Virus record (IMG/VR): IMGVR_UViG_3300044701_003572
Span: 1-64,000 of that record
Strand: one strand, 5' to 3'
DNA length: 64,000 bases
From: a virus
Below, in pieces: positions 1-7,386 of this stretch (the first letter of the stretch is position 1; every line of letters begins with the position of its first letter). A model generated the notes under the pieces. It worked only from the letters and a program-made list of their open reading frames with translations, made no database searches and had not been told where the DNA came from. Both the position numbers and the translations under genes were made by a program.

Positions 1-153
1 AGAAAACCAAGCATATTCTTGATTGGCCTTTATGTCAAAAGGAACAGGCCCCCTAGTGAAAGATAAAGGGTCGTCTAGAGATCTCTGAACTTGAAAAGTT
101 TTAAGATTTCTAACTCGTTGTATAAAAGAACTGGCTAATTCTGCACTATTCAT
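1..153 (-). CDS. hypothetical protein, truncated by the window edge (MNSAELASSFIQRVRNLKTFQ...)
   Basis: Manual translation from ATG at 153; the frame stays open to base 1. Not in the ORF track. Confidence 0.6.
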   Translation of the reverse strand, partial: MNSAELASSFIQRVRNLKTFQVQRSLDDPLSFTRGPVPFDIKANQEYAWFS

Positions 154-162
154 TATAGTCTT

Positions 163-327
163 TTATTTTTGTTCTGCTTCTTGATCTTTACGGAACTGTT
201 CTTCTAGCCAGAGTCTTTTTTGATGTTGATACATATCTTCTGACAGACTGTGCCATCCGATACAATCTCCTGTAGGACTACGACCACAGCCACAGGTTCC
301 TTTTTTTAGTTCAGTTTGTTGATTCAT
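163..327 (-). CDS. 54-aa CDGSH-like iron-sulfur/metal-binding microprotein
   Basis: Manual translation MNQQTELKKGTCGCGRSPTGDCIGWHSLSE...; C-x-C-x2-S-x4-C-x-G-x-H resembles the CDGSH motif. AAGGA SD upstream. Confidence 0.65.
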   Translation of the reverse strand: MNQQTELKKGTCGCGRSPTGDCIGWHSLSEDMYQHQKRLWLEEQFRKDQEAEQK

Positions 328-335
328 AATTTTCC

Positions 336-1172
336 TTATCTAGGGGCAAAATCTTGTTGCAATTTGATATTATCAAAGAATTCTTTCTTTGTTCCTTGAT
401 CGTCTTTAAATGCACCTTTTAGTACAGTAGTCTGCGTTAGACTGCTATGTGCCATAATACCGCGATTCTCACAGCAGCCGTGAATTGCTTGAACATAAAC
501 GCCTACGTCTTTGGCTCCTGTGGCCTTGGCGATCTCGCGAGCAATATCATTAGCAAGTTCCTCCTGGAGAGTTCCGCGCCGGGCGCACCACTGTGCGATG
601 CGTGTGTACTTACTAAGTCCAATGAGCTTGGAAGCCGCAATAATACCAATATAGGCAACACCACTAACGGGCTGATGATGATGGCTACACATACTGCGAA
701 GCTCACTGCGAACAACCAACATACCTTCGTAGCGGTCTTCCGTATCGTTAGGGAATGCTGTGGCGTCTGGTGCTGGGTCATATCTTCCTGCCATTATTTC
801 GTTAAAATACATTTTAGCCAATCGACGAGCAGTGCCGTGACTATTAGGATCGTTTTCGCGATCAATTAGCAAACGATCAAGCACTGTTTCAAATGCTTCT
901 GTTGCTTCGTCAATAAGTTTCTCTTTATCGCCTTCGTGTAGAAAGTCACTAATGTTATCTCCAGCCCAAAAACGTTTGCCTTCACGTTTCATTTTAAAGC
1001 GAAGATGATCGCCAAGATATGCTTCTTCGTAGCCCTTGTCACTCATCATTTCCCCAGCTTTAACATAAACTTTCTGGGGAAGTGGAACATACTGATCTTT
1101 AAATTCGTCTTTTACGAATTCTGTGTTTACATTTTCATTTAATACAGGATCTGATTTAAATTTGTTTGTCAA
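336..1172 (-). CDS. folE: GTP cyclohydrolase I
   Basis: Motifs SMCSHHHQP, IGLSKYTRI, LQEEL and HGCCENRG. TTG start preceded by GGAG. Confidence 0.95.
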   Translation of the reverse strand: MTNKFKSDPVLNENVNTEFVKDEFKDQYVPLPQKVYVKAGEMMSDKGYEEAYLGDHLRFKMKREGKRFWAGDNISDFLHEGDKEKLIDEATEAFETVLDRLLIDRENDPNSHGTARRLAKMYFNEIMAGRYDPAPDATAFPNDTEDRYEGMLVVRSELRSMCSHHHQPVSGVAYIGIIAASKLIGLSKYTRIAQWCARRGTLQEELANDIAREIAKATGAKDVGVYVQAIHGCCENRGIMAHSSLTQTTVLKGAFKDDQGTKKEFFDNIKLQQDFAPR

Positions 1173-1207
1173 TTATAATTCTCCGAGTTATAGTCGTGGA
1201 TGACATT
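1173..1207 (-). promoter_or_regulatory. candidate small pseudoknot/hairpin in the folE leader
   Basis: Minus strand GTC-ATCCAC-GAC-TATAACTC-GGAG. The loop UCC is complementary to GGA of the SD. The stem is only 3 bp. Confidence 0.3.
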
Positions 1208-2308
1208 TTATTTTAACATCTCTAGCAGTTTATTACAACTAAAGAAGTTTTGTGTTAACGCATCTGCTTGTTTATTTAGACTAGGTAAAAACTGTCTGTA
1301 ATTTTCCATGTATTCAATAATCTGCGCCACAATGTAGTGTCTATTTGTTTTATAAGATTCAAATGATTCCGTCCATTCGCTAGGATATTTGAAATCATCT
1401 AACGCCATTTCACTGTAGCTCAAACGATCCGGAACCATAGGAATAGCATCTACTAATGCACCTTCATACCAACTGATACCCAGTGTTTCTTGTAAGTTGG
1501 CACTAAACACTAACTTAGCCTCGCCGAGTAAATTATGATATTCGTTTTTTGATAGCGGATACTCTTGACACACCTTAAAATCATATTGAGGAAGTTGTTG
1601 ACGCAGATCTTCAAAAATAGGCAGTTGTTTTTCCGGAGCCATTCGATGCGGAAACAATATAAGATCACGCTTAGGCATATTTTTGTACATCAATAGAGTG
1701 TCTTGCATATACTCCATTGGCCAGCCTGATCTTATTATACCAGAATATTCTCCTCTAAGAGCTTCTTGTATCTGGTCTTCAATCCAAGGATTTTCAAACA
1801 TTTCGTCATTAAGAAGATTACGTATAAACATCTCAATATGAAAGTCTGTGGCAAAATAATTATGATCAATAGCGTGAAAGAAACTCTTTTCAGCATTTCT
1901 TACCCAAGACTTGTTCCCGATAAGTCTACCTAAAAAGTCTTGAGGATCATAGCTGCCGGCATGCCATAGGGCATGAATGGTTACAGGAATCTGTAACAGT
2001 TCACTCATATACTTTAGATTTATGATACCCGGGTGCCAAGCATCAGTAAAAATAAAGTGATCGCCGGCATGAACGGCTCCGTTACAAAATAAACGGCCCA
2101 TCTGTTCAACTTGGTTAGACTTATAGATATTAGTGCCGCCAAAATTAAGAAAGGCGCCAGGAGTAGTGGCACTAGGAATATCCGCAGGGCCAGCAATAAT
2201 TTGAACATCGTGTCCTCTCTTTCGTAGTAACGCAGGCAAGTGGGTTTTCCACTCGCCTGTGTATCGTGTTTCTACTGCTTCTAGATCAACGAGAAAAATT
2301 CTGGCCAT
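1208..2308 (-). CDS. GT-B fold (GT4-like) glycosyltransferase
   Basis: FPHRMAPEKQ and the E-x7-E motif ETLGISWYE of retaining GT-B enzymes. Confidence 0.8.
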   Translation of the reverse strand: MARIFLVDLEAVETRYTGEWKTHLPALLRKRGHDVQIIAGPADIPSATTPGAFLNFGGTNIYKSNQVEQMGRLFCNGAVHAGDHFIFTDAWHPGIINLKYMSELLQIPVTIHALWHAGSYDPQDFLGRLIGNKSWVRNAEKSFFHAIDHNYFATDFHIEMFIRNLLNDEMFENPWIEDQIQEALRGEYSGIIRSGWPMEYMQDTLLMYKNMPKRDLILFPHRMAPEKQLPIFEDLRQQLPQYDFKVCQEYPLSKNEYHNLLGEAKLVFSANLQETLGISWYEGALVDAIPMVPDRLSYSEMALDDFKYPSEWTESFESYKTNRHYIVAQIIEYMENYRQFLPSLNKQADALTQNFFSCNKLLEMLK

Positions 2309-2558
2309 ATGGTCTGCGGTTTTGTCCGCGATCTCCGTTGTTGTCCCAGCGAGGCTTATTGCCTTGATATGGTCTGCGTGGACGCCTACTATTTAAGTAA
2401 GCCTGATAGTTTGCAGAATCTTTGCGATAAAGATCTGCAGGATTAAAATCGCAGAGTTCAAATCTGCAATAGTCGTGGTAGGCTTCAAGATCCTCCCACA
2501 CTTTAACAACATCAGGACGGTTAGTGAAATAAGAATAGTCCTTGTAGTTACGAGCCAT
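2286..2558 (-). CDS. hypothetical protein with an Arg/Pro/Gln/Asn-rich C-terminal tail
   Basis: ORF in operon context with an AGGA upstream; RRPYxG occurs twice. Confidence 0.75.
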   Translation of the reverse strand: MARNYKDYSYFTNRPDVVKVWEDLEAYHDYCRFELCDFNPADLYRKDSANYQAYLNSRRPRRPYQGNKPRWDNNGDRGQNRRPYGQNFSR

Positions 2559-2578
2559 TTTAGCTTCTTCCTTTTAGT

Positions 2579-2974
2579 TTAGTACTTGATAAATGAACCA
2601 TTTTCTCCATCTTCGGAGACCTCGATCCAAACCTCACGGTCTGGATACTTTGCATGAATCTGAGCATATAAGTCATCGCTCATCATCTCACAACTTTTAT
2701 AGTCTAGCGACAATACACCTTCGTTGCTAGAATACAGTTTTTCGAGCCATCGCTTGAATTGTATAAATTCCACATCTCTGTCATTGTGGGTGACACTAAG
2801 ATAAACCCTAAAATGAAAAATATGGCGATGGGGATTAGCCAAAAACGAAACATCATATTCATCTCCTGTTGCTAAGTTTGGATCAGTTGCGGCTGCGGGA
2901 TATTTGTGAATACCTTCTTTGCGAAAGGTAACCCAAATCATTTTGTTAGGTCGAATGTCTTGCTTGATAATCAT
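2579..2974 (-). CDS. QueD-like / PTPS-like T-fold protein
   Basis: EGIHKY, HRHIFHFRV, DVEFIQFK, SCEMM and VSEDGENG match the PTPS/QueD pattern (HxH, CE, C-terminal E). Close to folE. Confidence 0.7.
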   Translation of the reverse strand: MIIKQDIRPNKMIWVTFRKEGIHKYPAAATDPNLATGDEYDVSFLANPHRHIFHFRVYLSVTHNDRDVEFIQFKRWLEKLYSSNEGVLSLDYKSCEMMSDDLYAQIHAKYPDREVWIEVSEDGENGSFIKY

Positions 2975-3315
2975 CTCTTCAATGCCTCCATCATGACGAT
3001 TTGACCTAATGCTTTGCCGAGATCTTGATCTTCAGTGATAACGTGCATACTATTAAGATTACGATCTTTGTGACTATCGTAACTACGAGTTTCTACAACA
3101 TAGCCACCGCTGGCTCTATAGATCTGTAGACGCATACCGTCACTAGAAAGTCTGTCTGCCTCTACGACCTGTAGAGAGTCTTCTTCATAATCATCGCTGT
3201 TTATCCAATTGCGAATACGTTGTTTCAGTGTTAGCTTCACTTTCTTTGCCTTTCTTATTCTTCGCTGTTTATTTGCTGAGCCAATAGTAGCGATTGCCTG
3301 TCCATAACCACTCAT
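2971..3315 (-). CDS. hypothetical protein
   Basis: ORF with overlapping start/stop codons on both sides. Confidence 0.75.
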   Translation of the reverse strand: MSGYGQAIATIGSANKQRRIRKAKKVKLTLKQRIRNWINSDDYEEDSLQVVEADRLSSDGMRLQIYRASGGYVVETRSYDSHKDRNLNSMHVITEDQDLGKALGQIVMMEALKR

Positions 3316-3845
3316 TTGAGTATCTCATCCTTGCCATATTGGTCCCAGTCTGTGAAGCGATCTCTTCCCAGAAGGTCCTGTAGGTTATGGCACCATACCC
3401 CAGGATTAGTTGCTGAAAAATCTTTATCGTCGATTTTTAGTGTAGCATTATAGCCTAGTTGATTAATATAAGGTAATTTTACACTAATTTGCGGAATAAA
3501 TCTACGCTTTTCGGTAAGACCGCTCTCTAGCAATCCTTCCGTTTCGCTGACATCAAAATCTAGGGTACACCAAAACCCATCTTCGGCATCTAGGCAGACA
3601 TAGATCATATCTTCCCAAGGTCGCCAAGTTTCAGAATCATTGACACCTTGAGTTTTAAAACTTTGATTAGCGCCGAAATAGATATGCTGACATTTGTTAT
3701 TTCGAGCCAGTTCCATAATAATATACGGATCGTGAACACCTACAACAAACAAAGTTTTCATTCCAAAGGCAGGAGTTCTTTCAATTTCAGTGCCAACAAA
3801 GAATATAATATCCTCTTTAACACCAGATTCATAATTTCTTTTCAT
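3312..3845 (-). CDS. hypothetical protein within the deazaguanine cluster (HIYFGANQSF motif)
   Basis: ORF coupled to its neighbours; ATG at 3845. Confidence 0.75.
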   Translation of the reverse strand: MKRNYESGVKEDIIFFVGTEIERTPAFGMKTLFVVGVHDPYIIMELARNNKCQHIYFGANQSFKTQGVNDSETWRPWEDMIYVCLDAEDGFWCTLDFDVSETEGLLESGLTEKRRFIPQISVKLPYINQLGYNATLKIDDKDFSATNPGVWCHNLQDLLGRDRFTDWDQYGKDEILK

Positions 3846-4072
3846 TACCAAGTGCTTACATCAGTGATATCAACGGTAGTATCGATGTCCTTATCGCTAT
3901 CGTTGAATAGGTTAAACTTGACAACAACGGCAGGACCAATTCCGCTGCTATTACTTTCTTCTAAAGTAAACCACTCAACTTCTTTGAAGTGAGCAGCCAT
4001 TTTAGCAAGTTTTTCAATCTGTCCCCTGTTAAGAGAAAATTGACTGGGTTTATGTTTTTTATCTTTCGTCAT
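3845..4072 (-). CDS. hypothetical protein
   Basis: Probable start is ATG 4072 (MTKDKKHK). Confidence 0.65.
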   Translation of the reverse strand: MTKDKKHKPSQFSLNRGQIEKLAKMAAHFKEVEWFTLEESNSSGIGPAVVVKFNLFNDSDKDIDTTVDITDVSTW

Positions 4073-4268
4073 CGTAATCAACAGTTTCGTGATCCTGTTC
4101 CCATTGCAATTTAGTAAGTCTAGCAATTTCGTCTTTAAAAAGCAACTTCTGTTTCTTCAATTCAGACAATTTTTGATTATCAAAATTGCCATTTTTCTCT
4201 ATTTCGGATATTTGATTATCCAATAAACGATGGCTTTCGGTAAGCATTTTTATACGACTTTCATACAT
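4059..4268 (-). CDS. DUF465/YdcH-like small coiled-coil protein
   Basis: HRLLDNQI...LKKQKLLFKDEI pattern. ATG 4268 preceded by GAGGAGG. Confidence 0.65.
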   Translation of the reverse strand: MYESRIKMLTESHRLLDNQISEIEKNGNFDNQKLSELKKQKLLFKDEIARLTKLQWEQDHETVDYDDER

Positions 4269-4269
4269 A

Positions 4270-4680
4270 TCATACCTCCTCGAAAAAATTATTAAACATT
4301 GGATTGGTATACGAATACCTTTTTTTGTGATCTCCAAAAATTTTAGTTTTCTTGTTATGACAATTAGCACATAAAATTTTTAGATTTTCTTTAGAAGAAT
4401 TTAACTTATCTCCGTCGTGATGATCAATAGTTAAACTTTCTGTATGAGGGTCTTTACAGAACCATCCTAGGTAGCCGTGTTTATTTTCACAACCAACAGA
4501 CCGCATCCATTCGTTAACTTCGAAACGTAGTGCAGTTCTGTGGGGTTCACAAAATGTCTTCCATTTCCAAACAGGACTACCATCTAATTTATTACTTCGT
4601 CGATGGTATCCTACTTGATTACAACAATTTGGTAACGCACATTTAGGAGCATGAATTTTAGCTGTTGATTGTGATCGCAT
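4270..4680 (-). CDS. HNH endonuclease (probable homing endonuclease)
   Basis: LTIDHHDGDKLNSSKENLKILCANCHNKKT HNH motif, plus N-terminal Cys residues. Confidence 0.85.
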   Translation of the reverse strand: MRSQSTAKIHAPKCALPNCCNQVGYHRRSNKLDGSPVWKWKTFCEPHRTALRFEVNEWMRSVGCENKHGYLGWFCKDPHTESLTIDHHDGDKLNSSKENLKILCANCHNKKTKIFGDHKKRYSYTNPMFNNFFEEV

Positions 4681-6237
4681 TTATTCTACTTTCAATTTGT
4701 CAAGTTCTTCGTCTTCTCTCTCATCTGAGTAAGCAGATTTTTCTTCTTCGCCTTCTTCGTAGAAGTGTTGATTAAATGTACTCTTAACACCTCCGCGCAG
4801 TCTAGCACCTTCCACACCGTTCAAGAATCCTAGTGTAGTAGCAGTTTCGATCATTTCGAATGCTGCGGTTTTATCTTTACAGGCAAACAATTCTTCTACA
4901 AAGCTGTCAAAGTAAAGAATGTTTCTAGGAACCCAATCACTGATTTCGTCGCTGTAGTCATTGTCTTTGACTTTAGCACGATATGTTCTCCACGGCATTC
5001 TAGGTTTATTTTTTAGCTCGATATCCATTAAGTGATTTGCACGTTGTACCGCAACAATATGACAATACACATTATGACTCATCATCAGTGCATAGGCAAA
5101 TGAATCCCAAGAAGTTTTACCTTCTTTACCGATTTTGTTTAACATTCCTGGTGCATAGTGGCAGATATCAGCGATCGTAAGTCTGCGACCAACTTCGGAT
5201 TCGAAAGGAAAAGGTATATCGTGCCGTCCGGAAAGACTCTTATTATCCGGGGCTTTATCCATGATAACACTCCAGCGTTTAGGGGTATGTTGGGCGTTAG
5301 TGTATACCAATCCGTGAGCTGTTGCGATGAACGGTGATGCACAGTCAAAGGAGATAGTGAAGTTTTCATTGATATGTTTCCTAATTTGTCTCTGAATAGA
5401 CGTTAAGTAACAACTCCAGTCTAATTGTGCAGTACCCAAGAAGTGCATCCAATCTTTACCTTCTAGCATACCGTCAAACTTCATAGTGATAAGACGCTTT
5501 AAGGTTACTGGCATTTTACACATATTGGCACCACCCATAGCCCACCCTTCAGCAGCTTTGTCACCCCATACTGCTTTGTCGCTGAATTCTTTAACACCTT
5601 GATACCAAGCTTCTGCAGTTTCCCAATTAGAACCCTGTAAAACATTTAAAAATTTAGTACCACCATTATCAGAACCGACTCTATTTTCAATAAAGTATTT
5701 GTTATTGAATTGTGTCTTCTCAAGACAATCATCAAAGGTTTTTAAACCTGTTTTTTCAGTATGATTTTTATCACAGGCCCAGGTAGGGACGTCCAACATC
5801 ATTGACCAGTCTGCAGTAACATCTAACCAAGTTAAGATTTTTTCACGGACTTTGTTAGCAGCAGGGCCTTCGAAGTCTTGCCAGTCGAATTTAATAACAC
5901 CCTTACCAATCTGGTATCCACCAGAATCTCCTAAGATCATTGTTTTAGAACGATCTCTAGCCTGTATCATTAGTTCTTGATCAAGACTCTTTTCGATATC
6001 TAATTGTGCATGACCTGCTGAATACAAAGCATTTTTATAATAAAAATATCCTTGTTCTGGATTAAGAAAGTTCATACCTTCGATACCACGGTCAAATCCT
6101 TTAGGAATTCGATCATTAGGTATAAATTCTTCTTTTCGTTGTTTGTCTACATAGGTACTATAGAAAGAACTGATCGCAGGAAGATAAACTGCGTAGTCCT
6201 TTTGTAATGGTGTTAAGTCAACTGGTTGTTTGTTCAT
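4681..6237 (-). CDS. TGT-fold guanine transglycosylase (DpdA-like 7-deazaguanine insertase)
   Basis: TGT motifs in order: DSGGYQ, MMLDVP, NVLQG, GWAMGG, MHFLGT, ISFDCA (nucleophile Asp), SHN. No CxCxxC zinc site. Clustered with folE, a QueD-like gene and replication genes. Confidence 0.85.
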   Translation of the reverse strand: MNKQPVDLTPLQKDYAVYLPAISSFYSTYVDKQRKEEFIPNDRIPKGFDRGIEGMNFLNPEQGYFYYKNALYSAGHAQLDIEKSLDQELMIQARDRSKTMILGDSGGYQIGKGVIKFDWQDFEGPAANKVREKILTWLDVTADWSMMLDVPTWACDKNHTEKTGLKTFDDCLEKTQFNNKYFIENRVGSDNGGTKFLNVLQGSNWETAEAWYQGVKEFSDKAVWGDKAAEGWAMGGANMCKMPVTLKRLITMKFDGMLEGKDWMHFLGTAQLDWSCYLTSIQRQIRKHINENFTISFDCASPFIATAHGLVYTNAQHTPKRWSVIMDKAPDNKSLSGRHDIPFPFESEVGRRLTIADICHYAPGMLNKIGKEGKTSWDSFAYALMMSHNVYCHIVAVQRANHLMDIELKNKPRMPWRTYRAKVKDNDYSDEISDWVPRNILYFDSFVEELFACKDKTAAFEMIETATTLGFLNGVEGARLRGGVKSTFNQHFYEEGEEEKSAYSDEREDEELDKLKVE

Positions 6238-6589
6238 AATCTCTCGCTAAAATTGCTGTAAGTTCTAATTTTGTTTTTGCCTGTTCTAATTGGTCTAATG
6301 CAATACGAACTGCTTCGTTGTTTGATGCGAGCTCGTACCATTGTTTCTCTTGTTCAATTCTTTTCAACGCCCATTCTATGGCTTTCTCTGCATCTGGATT
6401 CATACTTACACTAGCCGAAGTCCCCGTCATCGGTCTCCAACTACTGCCGTCATACACTTCCATATTTCTTGTGTCGCCATTAAATCTCAACATACCAGCA
6501 CTTGGCGCCGACATACTGAAATAGGGATCGTTGTTAGATCCCATGTATGCAGTGACATACTTAGATGCTTGTGTAAAAGAATTAATCAT
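6218..6589 (-). CDS. hypothetical protein
   Basis: ORF coupled to the clamp gene; contains GMLRFNGD..MEVYDGSSW. Confidence 0.75.
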   Translation of the reverse strand: MINSFTQASKYVTAYMGSNNDPYFSMSAPSAGMLRFNGDTRNMEVYDGSSWRPMTGTSASVSMNPDAEKAIEWALKRIEQEKQWYELASNNEAVRIALDQLEQAKTKLELTAILARDYEQTTS

Positions 6590-7326
6590 CAAGCTGCCTG
6601 TGCAGGGATAATGTATTTGTAAGTAGCAAGTCCGCTATCGAGAGTGATCTGAATAGCACCTTCATTGCTCAAAGCCATCTTAGTGTTATTAACGTCTGCA
6701 ATTTTTAAAATGCTTAACACAGGTAACACTGGCCATGTCCAACCACGATCTAACTTACCTGCTACGTTCTGTGCAAATACAAATTCACCGCCGTGTGTGC
6801 TAGCGTCACCGAAGATAAACTTTAAGTTGCCGCCATCTGTCTTGGCTAAGAAAGTTGGATGTTCGTTGTTAGCACCTGCTTGGAAGTTAAAACGTTGTAC
6901 CGCAGCCACGCTAGGTTCAATTTCTACATCCCACTTAACCCCTCGGAACTTAACAGTCTTCATCTTTTCGTTGATGATTTCCTGATTCATAAAACGATAG
7001 TCATTCTTGAAGTCGCCATCTTTGTTTTCAAAGTGGATACCGACAGGAATAGTTTCACCGTTGCGTTCTGCAAACGTTACATTAATTTTAGAATCTTCTT
7101 TATACTCGGCACCGTCTAACAAATATTTCAATTTGTTGAGTTGCGGCATACCGAATGTGCCTAACATATCTGGATAGGGGTTTGCAGTTTCTCCTTCCAT
7201 GATCACTGAGCGATCGTCAGCCATAGAAAATACCTGCGTTTTATCTTCTGTGCCTGTGACTTTAACTGTTGTTAAGAAGCCTAGGTTTTGTGTGTGCGAC
7301 ACAATGTCTTGTAAAATATCTTTCAT
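6589..7326 (-). CDS. DNA polymerase sliding clamp (gp45/PCNA-like)
   Basis: 245 aa, directly downstream of polB. The C-terminal ITLDSGLATYKYIIPA beta-strand ending is typical of clamps. A clamp loader is present at 27144. Confidence 0.7.
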   Translation of the reverse strand: MKDILQDIVSHTQNLGFLTTVKVTGTEDKTQVFSMADDRSVIMEGETANPYPDMLGTFGMPQLNKLKYLLDGAEYKEDSKINVTFAERNGETIPVGIHFENKDGDFKNDYRFMNQEIINEKMKTVKFRGVKWDVEIEPSVAAVQRFNFQAGANNEHPTFLAKTDGGNLKFIFGDASTHGGEFVFAQNVAGKLDRGWTWPVLPVLSILKIADVNNTKMALSNEGAIQITLDSGLATYKYIIPAQAA

Positions 7327-7386
7327 TGAGAATTCTCCTTTATATTAAGATTATATTTAGATCTTGAATGAAAATCAACCTAGAAA

